Positions 20,739 to 29,160 are shown, counted from the stretch's first letter. The stretch is 32,000 bases of DNA from Candidatus Hadarchaeota archaeon (GCA_964514965.1 CAZETV010000001.1:873063-905062); one strand, 5' to 3'. Notes: generated by a model not told the origin, from the sequence alone. Numbers and translations are program-made.

Positions 20739-20792
20739 TAGCGTCACCTTTTATTGAATGTTAATTTTTGTGTCAATGCTCAAGCGAAAGCA

Positions 20793-20835
20793 ATAAAAAC
20801 CTTTCGATTGTCGGAAAAAACATCGGCAATTGTCG
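20793..20835 (-). promoter_or_regulatory. candidate HMG-CoA synthase promoter with two upstream ATTGTCG direct repeats (20807-20813, 20829-20835)
   Basis: Minus strand reads CGACAAT...CGACAAT then GGTTTTTATTG (TATA-like) upstream of the HMG-CoA synthase start at 20738. Confidence 0.3.
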
Positions 20836-20843
20836 TGAGAAGG

Positions 20844-21557
20844 TCAGCGAACGCACTTTCGAAGCCCCTCGATTAGTTCCCTGACTGACGGAAGTTTAGA
20901 AATTACGAGTGGAACTCGTAGAACCTCGGCTATTTTTACCCCAAGCACATCGGCACGCTTGAGTTCGCCGTGTAAAATTACCATCCCAGGGGTTATCCCG
21001 ATCACCTTCACAGCTACCATGGGCGAGCGTCCCGTCGTTACACCAGTAAAGACAAGCGCCCGCTCAGTAGTTAATCCGTAGAGTCGCCTGAAATCGTCGG
21101 CGGAGAGACCCAGTACAGCTTTGTGGCTATCGATGATGGTATACCCAAAGAGCTTCTGGTCGAGCAGCTCCTTGTTCGCAACGACATTGCCGTCGACCAC
21201 CTTACAGACGGTCTTCCCATCAGTTGGTTCGCCAAACTCTCGGATTTCAAGCACGACATCTGGCGGCAACTGAGTGCCGAACACATGAGAAAATATCCTA
21301 GACACTTCTCCCCCATGTTGTTCATCAAGCTTAAGGAAGGCGTCGACCACACGCTTGATAGTCGCTGCCCCAGGCGATTTCCTCCGCCCGGCCTCGTAGT
21401 CGCTGATTACTGAGGAGGAAACGTTCATCATTTTGGCGAGCGAGGTCTGGTTAATCCCAAATCGCTCTCGCCAGCGCTTAAAAGCTCCTCCTGGGTCGTC
21501 GGAGAGGGTTATGTCGCCAGCTATCCATCGCGCGATCCTTTCTCTTACTTCAGCCAT
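20844..21557 (-). CDS. HTH (XRE-type) transcriptional regulator with conserved archaeal C-terminal domain
   Basis: FKRWRERFGINQTSLAKMMNVSSSVISDYEAGRRKSPGAATIKRVVDAFLKL, then a non-HTH domain possibly binding a ligand. Confidence 0.85.
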   Translation of the reverse strand: MAEVRERIARWIAGDITLSDDPGGAFKRWRERFGINQTSLAKMMNVSSSVISDYEAGRRKSPGAATIKRVVDAFLKLDEQHGGEVSRIFSHVFGTQLPPDVVLEIREFGEPTDGKTVCKVVDGNVVANKELLDQKLFGYTIIDSHKAVLGLSADDFRRLYGLTTERALVFTGVTTGRSPMVAVKVIGITPGMVILHGELKRADVLGVKIAEVLRVPLVISKLPSVRELIEGLRKCVR

Positions 21558-21608
21558 AATGTACCAATATCTAATCTCGGGATCGGAGGATAAGAATATT
21601 GGGAATGC

Positions 21609-22190
21609 TCAGTTTTTTTTCTGCGGTTTTCCAGCTAGTTTAAATAAGTCTGCTTTGGTAACAATGCCGATTACTTTTCCGTGTTCAACGACGACAACCG
21701 CCGGTTCATGTTCGAGTAGGGGGTAAACGACATCAATATCGGTGTCCTTGCTCACGGTTGGAAACGAATTTTCCATTATCTCGCTGACGTTGCGTTTAAG
21801 CAGTCTGTTCATGTTTTCGCCCGAGGCAATATTGCGCACAACTGTAGCTTCAGATATCGAGCCCACCTGCACTTCTTCATTAAGCACTGGAAGTTGCGAA
21901 ATGTCGTATGATTTCATGAGGTGGATTGCTTTGTCTACGGCGTCATGAGACTTTAAAGCTACAATTGGCGAAGTCATTATTTGTCCAACTGTTGCACGCT
22001 TCTCCATAGCAGTTGCCCGCTCAAGCGCTTTGGATATTTTTTCAAGGGTGGAAACCCGGGGGTCTGCGGCTTTTGCCTCGATTTTAGCGATATAAGCTTG
22101 GGTTACGCCTGCGAGTTCTGCTAGTTGCGCTTGGGTTAGTCCGAGCCTCGTGCGCATTACTTTGATTTCGGAAAGTCGTAGTATTCGCAT
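21609..22190 (-). CDS. HTH (XRE-type) plus paired CBS-domain regulator
   Basis: MRTRLGLTQAQLAELAGVTQAYIAKIEAKAADPRVSTLEKI followed by two CBS repeats (TSPIVALKSHDAVDKAIHLMKSYDISQLPVL; HEPAVVVVEHGKVIGIVTKADLFKL). Confidence 0.9.
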   Translation of the reverse strand: MRILRLSEIKVMRTRLGLTQAQLAELAGVTQAYIAKIEAKAADPRVSTLEKISKALERATAMEKRATVGQIMTSPIVALKSHDAVDKAIHLMKSYDISQLPVLNEEVQVGSISEATVVRNIASGENMNRLLKRNVSEIMENSFPTVSKDTDIDVVYPLLEHEPAVVVVEHGKVIGIVTKADLFKLAGKPQKKN

Positions 22191-22230
22191 AAAAATCTTC
22201 TATTCCTAGCAGTTATATTTTTGGCAAAAC

Positions 22231-22240
22231 CTATAAATAG
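22231..22240 (+). promoter_or_regulatory. candidate TATA box for the SAM synthetase gene
   Basis: CTATAAATAG about 35 nt upstream of the start; 22213-22222 on the minus strand (aaaatata) could serve the divergent HTH-CBS gene. Confidence 0.5.
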
Positions 22241-22265
22241 ATAGCGGATTGAAAATCCGAGAGGC

Positions 22266-23483
22266 GTGAACTTGGCGCGTAATATAATAGTCGAGGAGTT
22301 TAAGCAAATTCCCCTCGAGAAACAAAAGCTGGAAATCGTTGAGCGAAAGGGGCTTGGCCATCCTGACTCTATGTGTGATGCGATTTTGGATCGAGTTTCA
22401 GTAGAGTTAAGCAAAGAGTATTTGAAAAAATTTGGCATGATTATGCACCACAATGCGGATAAATCTTTGCTCGTCGCTGGGGAGGTTGAGACAAGATTTG
22501 GTGGTGGCGAAGTGAAGCAACCAATGCTTTTGATTTTCGGCGACCGAGCGACTGAAGAGGTTGAGGGAACCAAAATTCCGGTGAAGGATATCGCGATTAG
22601 TGCTGCGAAGAGCTGGATAAAAGAAAATTTGAGGTTTGTCGATCCGGAAAAGCACATGCGCTATCAAGTCGAGTTTAAACCTGGGTCTGCGGCGCTCACG
22701 GACATCTTCAAGCGCAAGGGTAAAGTGCTTAGCGCTAATGACACCTCGGCTGCAGTCGGCTATGCACCGATGACTTGGACAGAGCAGCTTGTGTTAAAGA
22801 CAGAACGCTACTTGAATTCTCCGGAGTTAAAAAAGGAATTTCCTGAAGCTGGTGAGGATGTCAAGGTGATGGGCTTTCGTAAGAACGACGAGCTCTATCT
22901 AACTGTTGGGATGGCTTTCGTTGACCGGTTCGTAGAGAACGAGGACGATTACTTCAGAAAGAGGGAAGAAATCCTCAAGCAACTATACGAATTCGTGAAA
23001 GGGAATTCCGTCCTCAAAAAGATCAAGCTCAAACTTAACACTCTCGATGTGCGCGGGCGGGGTGTTGGAGGAACGTATCTCACTGTGCTCGGAACGAGCG
23101 CTGATGGGGCGGACTCTGGTCAAGTCGGAAGAGGCAATCGTCCAAATGGAGTGATTCCGCTAAATCGTCATGTTGGTTCGGAGGCGGCAGCGGGCAAGAA
23201 TCCAGTTAGTCACGTGGGCAAAATTTACAATTTGCTTACGCATCAAATCGCGAATGAAATTTACAGTCAAGTTTCAGGATTGGATGAGGTCTATGTTTGG
23301 ATAGTTAGCCAAATAGGGAAATCTATTGATGAGCCAGCAATCGCAGTCGCTCGAGTCGTCACTAAGCCTGGCACAACAATCGAGAGTGTCAGGAGGCAGA
23401 TAGCGGAAGTAGTGGACGAAGAGCTTGGGCATATAGACAAAATCTGCATTAAGCTCGCCGAAGGAAAAATTCCAATTTGTTGA
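22266..23483 (+). CDS. mat: S-adenosylmethionine synthetase, archaeal family; TTG 22272 is an alternative start
   Basis: VERKGLGHPDSMCDAILDRVSVELSKEY; GRGNRPNGVIPLNRHVGSEAAAGKNPVSHVGKIYN. Confidence 0.95.
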   Translation: MNLARNIIVEEFKQIPLEKQKLEIVERKGLGHPDSMCDAILDRVSVELSKEYLKKFGMIMHHNADKSLLVAGEVETRFGGGEVKQPMLLIFGDRATEEVEGTKIPVKDIAISAAKSWIKENLRFVDPEKHMRYQVEFKPGSAALTDIFKRKGKVLSANDTSAAVGYAPMTWTEQLVLKTERYLNSPELKKEFPEAGEDVKVMGFRKNDELYLTVGMAFVDRFVENEDDYFRKREEILKQLYEFVKGNSVLKKIKLKLNTLDVRGRGVGGTYLTVLGTSADGADSGQVGRGNRPNGVIPLNRHVGSEAAAGKNPVSHVGKIYNLLTHQIANEIYSQVSGLDEVYVWIVSQIGKSIDEPAIAVARVVTKPGTTIESVRRQIAEVVDEELGHIDKICIKLAEGKIPIC

Positions 23484-23570
23484 ATTTCGTATTTCAAGCG
23501 GAAAACCTTTGTAAGGATTATTCAAAGTTTTAGTGGTGATGTTATTTTTCGGATCTTACACCGCGATGGC

Positions 23571-25043
23571 ATGGGTCGAGTGAGCAGGCTTAGCACCCCA
23601 CACGGTGATGTGACAACCCCCACTCTTATGCCTGTTATCAATCCATCGGATGTAATTTTATCGCCCAACCAGATGCGTCGTGAGTTCGGCTCTGAGTTAG
23701 TGATAACAAACGCTTACCTAACCCGTCGCTGCTTCGGAGAAAATGCGACCAAAAAAGGGATTCACGGCGTTCTTGATTACGATGGCCCAATCGCAACCGA
23801 TTCTGGAGGTTATCAGATTTTACGCTACGGTGACGTGGATGTCAGTCCTGAGGAAATTGTGCGCTACCAAGAAGCAATCGCTCCTGATATCGCGACTATC
23901 CTCGATATCCCGACTGGTGTTCGAGCGACTAAGACGCATGCAGCAGAAACGGTGCGGATAACACTTGAGCGAGCCAAACAGGCGGTCGAACTCAGGTCCA
24001 ACCCTAAAGTGATGTGGTGTGGACCGGTGCAGGGGGGTCTCTTCAGCGATTTGGTCGCCCAGAGTGCACGCGAGATTGGGAAGCTCGACTTTCAGCTGCA
24101 CGCGATAGGGAGCCCCGTCGAGTTGCTAGAGGGATATCGTTATGCGGAGCTTGTCGATCTCGTCATGACTGCGAAGCAGCACCTGCCACTCGATCGCCCC
24201 ACGCATCTTTTCGGTGCAGGACATCCTATGATGTTTGCGCTCGCCGTGGCGATGGGCTGTGACTTCTTCGACTCCGCTGCGTACGTGCTCTACGCGCGTG
24301 ATGGCCGTTACATGACATCGGATGGAACATTTTGTCTCGATGAGCTATCTTATCTGCCATGTGAGTGCCCTGTTTGTGTGGCGCATTTGCCAAATGAGTT
24401 CAGACATGTCTCGCAGGACGAGCGAATCAAACTCTTGGCTAGGCACAATCTTCATGTCGCTTTCGGTGAGCTGCGACGCATCCGTCAGGCGATTGTTGAG
24501 GGAAGTTTATGGGCATATCTCGAGATGCGGTGTCGCGCCCATCCGCGACTGCTTGATGGGTTTCGAAGATTAGTGAAATATCGAGATTTCATCGAGCGGT
24601 TTGACCCAGTGACCAAGCCATCAGCATTCTGCTATCTTGGTGAAGGATCTGCGAATCGTCCGGAGGTCGTGCGCCATAGAAGGAGGCTTGAGGAGCGTTA
24701 TAGTCCACCTCCGTTGTCCACCCTAGCACTTCTACCGGCCTTTGAAGGCGAGCGCCCCAAGCTGGAGAAATTTGAGCAAACCCACCTCGTAAGACTAGTG
24801 CCTCCTTTCGGCATCGTCCCTGAGGAACTCGAAGAGGTTTACCCGCTCGGGCAATTTCAGATACCTCGAGAACTTGACGCGGTACAGATTAAATCAGTGA
24901 CCGAGGCCCTTTCTCGCTTTTTCGAGCGGTACGGTGAACACTACGAACGAGTCTTGCTGTTCAACGACGAACGACGATGGGGCAACGCACTCGTTGATGC
25001 ATGCGAAAAAGTTGAGGAAAAACTAAAAACAATTCAGCTCTGA
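23571..25043 (+). CDS. tgtA: archaeosine tRNA-guanine transglycosylase; true start probably slightly upstream; no PUA domain apparent
   Basis: TDSGGYQILRYGDVDVSPEEIVRYQEAI; LHAIGSPVELLEGYRYAELVDLVMTAK; CECPVCVAH zinc-binding region; archaeal C1/C2-like extension. Confidence 0.9.
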   Translation: MGRVSRLSTPHGDVTTPTLMPVINPSDVILSPNQMRREFGSELVITNAYLTRRCFGENATKKGIHGVLDYDGPIATDSGGYQILRYGDVDVSPEEIVRYQEAIAPDIATILDIPTGVRATKTHAAETVRITLERAKQAVELRSNPKVMWCGPVQGGLFSDLVAQSAREIGKLDFQLHAIGSPVELLEGYRYAELVDLVMTAKQHLPLDRPTHLFGAGHPMMFALAVAMGCDFFDSAAYVLYARDGRYMTSDGTFCLDELSYLPCECPVCVAHLPNEFRHVSQDERIKLLARHNLHVAFGELRRIRQAIVEGSLWAYLEMRCRAHPRLLDGFRRLVKYRDFIERFDPVTKPSAFCYLGEGSANRPEVVRHRRRLEERYSPPPLSTLALLPAFEGERPKLEKFEQTHLVRLVPPFGIVPEELEEVYPLGQFQIPRELDAVQIKSVTEALSRFFERYGEHYERVLLFNDERRWGNALVDACEKVEEKLKTIQL

Positions 25044-25116
25044 TGTGCAAAATTGAGCCCACAAAAAATAAATAATCTAAGCGCCTAACAAATTCGGGCT
25101 GGATTGGTGATAAAAC

Positions 25117-25557
25117 TTGGACAGTGTTGACATAAAACTTTTGAAAATGTTAAACAACGACGCACACGTTCCGTTGCGCAGAATGGGGCGCGAGGTTGGC
25201 CTCAGCACTTCAGGAGTGAGGCGGCGAATTAAGCAACTCGAGCGCTCTGGTCTGATTAAACAATACTCAGCGCTTATAGACCCTAGAAAATTCGGCTATG
25301 GGGTGATGGCTTTCGTCAGTGTTGATGTCGATAACAGGAGCATGGACGAGCTCGTTCGTTCTTTGTCGCGCTGCCATCAAGTATGTGAGATTCATCACAC
25401 GACAGGAGGTCATGGGTTAATGATGAAGATACGTGCCCGTGATTTAGAAAGCCTGAAGAAGTTCGTTGATGACCGCATCCAATCATTCGACTCGGTAAAG
25501 AGCGTCCAGACCATCGTGGCTATGGGGACCGTCAAGGAAACCATCTTGAATCTCTAG
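25117..25557 (+). CDS. Lrp/AsnC-family transcriptional regulator
   Basis: DIKLLKMLNNDAHVPLRRMGREVGLSTSGVRRRIKQLERSGLIKQYSALIDPRKFGYGVMAFVSVDV, then a RAM-like domain. Confidence 0.9.
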   Translation: MDSVDIKLLKMLNNDAHVPLRRMGREVGLSTSGVRRRIKQLERSGLIKQYSALIDPRKFGYGVMAFVSVDVDNRSMDELVRSLSRCHQVCEIHHTTGGHGLMMKIRARDLESLKKFVDDRIQSFDSVKSVQTIVAMGTVKETILNL

Positions 25558-25565
25558 GTGCTAAG

Positions 25566-25796
25566 ATGCAGGAAGCCGAGGCAAAACTCATTCGAGATTC
25601 GTTCTCATCTGTTAGGCCTTATCTTGCGTACCCTCAGGAACTCCGAAGCTTGATCGAGCAGAATATTGATGAGAGCGCAAGCGTCGAGAAATTCATCGAG
25701 GAGCTCAAACAAAATATTTCTGAGAAATTAGATACTACGCGAAAAACAGATAAACAGATTTTCCTGAATGAGTTGCGCCGCCATCTTTCCAAATAA
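25566..25796 (+). CDS. small conserved-looking protein, unknown
   Basis: 76-aa charged helical ORF 9 nt after the Lrp-like gene in a tightly packed direction; no recognised family. Confidence 0.5.
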   Translation: MQEAEAKLIRDSFSSVRPYLAYPQELRSLIEQNIDESASVEKFIEELKQNISEKLDTTRKTDKQIFLNELRRHLSK

Positions 25797-25843
25797 AATC
25801 TAAATTAGTTTAAATCTGGGGGATAATATAGAAATTAGGAACT

Positions 25844-26776
25844 ATGGTAAATGCTGAAATCAAGCAAATCGCGCAGGATATTCGAACGATGCGCATACGT
25901 GGTGCTGGTAGAATCGCTCGTGCTGCGGCTCGGGCCTTAAAAATCGTTGCAAAAACGAGCCGAGCTAAGGCACCTGCCGAGTTCACGAGAGAGCTCGGTC
26001 GCGTTTCAGAACTTTTGTTGGCAACCCGACCGACCGCGGTTTCGTTGTCAAACGCTGTTCGCTACGTCATTTTGGGTGTGAAGCGAGCAAAAGGGGTAGA
26101 TACTAAAGCCCTGCGAAGGGCCGTCATTTCCCGCGCGGACGAGTTCATTCGCGGTTCAATGGGGGCCGTCGAGCAGATAGGCGAGATAGGCGCGCGTCGT
26201 ATCTCTGACGGCGACGTAATACTCACCCACTGCAACAGCGATTGTGCGCTCGCGATAATCAAGGCGGCTTTCAAACAGGGCAAAAATATCCAAACATTCG
26301 CTACAGAATCCCGTCCGATGCGGCAGGGCTTAATAAGCGTGCGAGAGCTGAGGAAAGTTGGAATTCCCACCACACTCATCGTCGACTCGGCTGTGCGTCA
26401 CTTTATTCGGGATATAGACAAGGTAATAGTTGGTGCAGACAGCATCGCGGCGAATGGAGCGGTAGTCAACAAAATAGGGACTTCCCAAATCGCCCTCATC
26501 GCTCACGAAGCTCGAGTGTTGTTTTTCGTTGCTGCGGAGAGCTATAAATTCCACCCTGAGACGCTAGTAGGGCGGCTGGTAGAGATCGAGGAGCGCCCGC
26601 CCAAAGAGATTGTTAATCCTAGGCGCTTTCCAGGCGTGAAAATCCGCAATCCAGTCTTCGATATCACGCCGCCAGAGTATGTAGACCTTATCATAACCGA
26701 GCACGGCATAATCCCGCCTTCAGCAGCTTACATGGTGATTCAGGAACTCTTTGAGTGGAAGCTTAGAAAAGGATGA
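25844..26776 (+). CDS. ribose-1,5-bisphosphate isomerase (eIF-2B alpha/beta/delta family)
   Basis: IRTMRIRGAGRIARAAARAL; HCNSDCALAIIKAAFKQGKNIQTFATESRPMRQG; VGADSIAANGAVVNKIGTSQIALIAHEARVLFFVAAE. Confidence 0.87.
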   Translation: MVNAEIKQIAQDIRTMRIRGAGRIARAAARALKIVAKTSRAKAPAEFTRELGRVSELLLATRPTAVSLSNAVRYVILGVKRAKGVDTKALRRAVISRADEFIRGSMGAVEQIGEIGARRISDGDVILTHCNSDCALAIIKAAFKQGKNIQTFATESRPMRQGLISVRELRKVGIPTTLIVDSAVRHFIRDIDKVIVGADSIAANGAVVNKIGTSQIALIAHEARVLFFVAAESYKFHPETLVGRLVEIEERPPKEIVNPRRFPGVKIRNPVFDITPPEYVDLIITEHGIIPPSAAYMVIQELFEWKLRKG

Positions 26777-26906
26777 ATCTAAATCCATCTGAGTTAAATT
26801 TCCATTTCTAGGGAATAAGATTTTTTGCAGTGAGATGAAAATTTGTCAAAATCTTAATTATCTTAACATTCTTCACGTAATTTTGGGGGCATGTTTAATG
26901 CTTTTT

Positions 26907-27845
26907 TCACTGTTGTGACAAGGAGAGAATCTGCATACGTGTATCGGAAAGTTTTCGCGCGATGAGTTCCGCTACCTTCATCATCACCAGATATCCTCGA
27001 TGGTGATTTTTTTTGAAGATTTTATCTACCAATTCATCAGCGACAATAGTAACAACTTTTGCCTTGTCCAAACAGCGCGCGTGAGTAGTGAACTTGCGAG
27101 TGCGAAGTAGAGAGGGATAGCCAAAAAGCCTACCTTTGGTCATCGTATAGACGGAAATTCTCTTTCCAGGGTAAATTTCTATTTCGATGGAAACCCTTCC
27201 TTCCAGGGACATGTATATTTTTTCTGCTTTGTCCCCCTCTTTGAAAATCAAGTCCCCCTGTTCGAACTCCTCGACTTTTGCCAGTTTGGCAATGTCTTTC
27301 AGTTCTTCCAATGTTAAAAACTCAAAAATATCCATTTCCTTCAAAATTTCCGGTTTCACTGCCATCTTACCCTCTTCTTGATTGTTTATTTCTTTTAAAA
27401 CTTTTTCGGCTAGAGTAGGCAATTTTTTTTCGATGGTTTTGCTCAATCTGTCGCCCCATGAAACTTTCTTTGGTTGTATGCCGACAATTCTCACATTTTT
27501 AAAATCGTAACCAATTTTCTTCCCCACCTTGATGACATCGATTAAATCAATTTCATGTAGTGAAAATTTCTCGCTGCTTGGCATGGCGAGGATCTGCTCG
27601 GCGTCAAAGCTAGCAATATAGCCTGGTTCTTTTCCCATATCCGCGGCGTCTACTAGCACTACCTTTTCAAAGCCCTTCATCTCTTCCAGAAACTCGAATC
27701 CAAAAATAGCCCCATCTACAAGTTTTATCTTATTATCTAGGACTCTGCTCTTCAAGTACTCCACACATCTTATGCCCACACCTTCATCTTTCAGTAGGAT
27801 ATTTCCTAGGCCGACGATGAGTTTGCGCTCATTCAACGAAATCAA
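26907..27845 (-). CDS. fused hydrogenase maturation protease (HycI/HyaD-like) plus Crp/cNMP-binding-like sensor domain
   Basis: N-term KLIVGLGNILLKDEGVGIRCVEYL...LVDGAIFGFEFL...VVLVDAADMG; C-term FEFLTLEELKDIAKLAKVEEFEQGDLIFKEGDKAEKIYMSLEGRVSI...GRLFGYPSLL; no HTH after the sensor domain. Confidence 0.88.
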   Translation of the reverse strand: MISLNERKLIVGLGNILLKDEGVGIRCVEYLKSRVLDNKIKLVDGAIFGFEFLEEMKGFEKVVLVDAADMGKEPGYIASFDAEQILAMPSSEKFSLHEIDLIDVIKVGKKIGYDFKNVRIVGIQPKKVSWGDRLSKTIEKKLPTLAEKVLKEINNQEEGKMAVKPEILKEMDIFEFLTLEELKDIAKLAKVEEFEQGDLIFKEGDKAEKIYMSLEGRVSIEIEIYPGKRISVYTMTKGRLFGYPSLLRTRKFTTHARCLDKAKVVTIVADELVDKIFKKNHHRGYLVMMKVAELIARKLSDTRMQILSLSQQ

Positions 27846-29160
27846 CTTTCAGCATGTGGGTTGAACATGAAATGCATGGGTCATAAGCTCTGACTAGCAT
27901 CTCCAATAAACGGGTGATCTCCTTTTTTGGTTTGTCTAGTATCTCCGGTACCAATCTCCGAATATCTCCTTCAATGTTGGCTAGATTTTGTGCCGTTGGA
28001 ATGATGCAGTTCGCCGATTCGATTAGACCGCGATCATTAAGTTTGTACTCGTGGATTAGGAGCCCTCTAGGGGCCTCAACTATGCCTACACCCCAACTCC
28101 TTTTTATGTTGGGAAGTTTTACTGACCAACCTGCGATTGGCGGCCGTTTTTCCCTCTCATCCTTTATCCCCTGCGATAATAACTCCTCAATCAATTCTAC
28201 CATGGACTCCAGACAATGTACGAGTTCAACTATTTGGGCGAAAGTTATGTGGTAAGGATTATAGCTTAGGGTCTCCAATCCAAGTTCCTCCGCTGTTTCC
28301 CTCGCCTTTGGCGTCAGTTGCTTGAAGTTGTTGTTGAATCTGGAAAGGGCACCCACCATATACGGTTTCATAGGGCCTAATGCATGCTTTGCTGTGGAAT
28401 AATCTACGACATTTTCGCGTATCTTGTGTTTGTAGTCTCTCTGTTGATATTTGTCAGTTTCAGAAGATTTTATCGTCCCATCGTAGAATGCGTACTCATC
28501 GGGGTGGGTAAAACAAACGTAGTCGGTTTTCCTTTCGAATTGGGGGGCTTTAAATTTAGAGAAAAATTTGACTGTACTTGGAACATCTTTTTCTAAAAAT
28601 TGTTTTATTTTGGAGAGTAGTTCCCGCATTTGGTCATTGGTCACCAAGTTAGTGAAGCCGTCCACGGTCATGGAGATAGGATGTGTATGTCGACCCACAA
28701 TTGTATCACAGATATCGTGGGCAAGTTTTTTCCAGCTGATGCCTGTTTTCACAACCTCTGGAGAGGTAGAAGCTAGGGGGATTATTGAGTGTGTTCCAAC
28801 AAAATCTGGGGCAGCGAGGAAGAAGCAGTGGAGGGCATGAGAATCCATAATTTCTGCAGCTGTTAGAATTTTCCTCAAGGTCTCCGTTTGCCAAGTGGGT
28901 TTAATGCCAAGTGCATCTTCAATTGCCTTTATGGAGGCATTCGTGTGTGATATAGAACAGATGCCACAAATACGGCTGACGATGTGAACAGCTTCAGAAA
29001 AACGCCGGCCGGCCAGCATCGCTTCAAAAAAGCGAGGTGACTCGGCAATTTCGAGTTTGACCTCTTTCAACTCCCCTCTTTTTACATCTACAACGATGTT
29101 CCCGTGACCTTCAATTCTGGCGATATGATGGACATGAACGTTGATGTCTTTTCTACTCAT
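27829..29160 (-). CDS. hydA: NiFe hydrogenase large (alpha) subunit, sulfhydrogenase / group 3 type
   Basis: L1 RICGICSISHTNASI, L2 DPCISCSTH followed by short C-terminal tail MLKVDFVE expected to be removed by the maturation protease. Confidence 0.93.
   Translation of the reverse strand: MSRKDINVHVHHIARIEGHGNIVVDVKRGELKEVKLEIAESPRFFEAMLAGRRFSEAVHIVSRICGICSISHTNASIKAIEDALGIKPTWQTETLRKILTAAEIMDSHALHCFFLAAPDFVGTHSIIPLASTSPEVVKTGISWKKLAHDICDTIVGRHTHPISMTVDGFTNLVTNDQMRELLSKIKQFLEKDVPSTVKFFSKFKAPQFERKTDYVCFTHPDEYAFYDGTIKSSETDKYQQRDYKHKIRENVVDYSTAKHALGPMKPYMVGALSRFNNNFKQLTPKARETAEELGLETLSYNPYHITFAQIVELVHCLESMVELIEELLSQGIKDEREKRPPIAGWSVKLPNIKRSWGVGIVEAPRGLLIHEYKLNDRGLIESANCIIPTAQNLANIEGDIRRLVPEILDKPKKEITRLLEMLVRAYDPCISCSTHMLKVDFVE

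Noticed and set aside
26901-26918. TCAC-TGTT-GTGA resembling half of a Crp site
   Set aside because: Arms are only 4 bp and the site lies at the 3' end of the fusion gene, not in a promoter.
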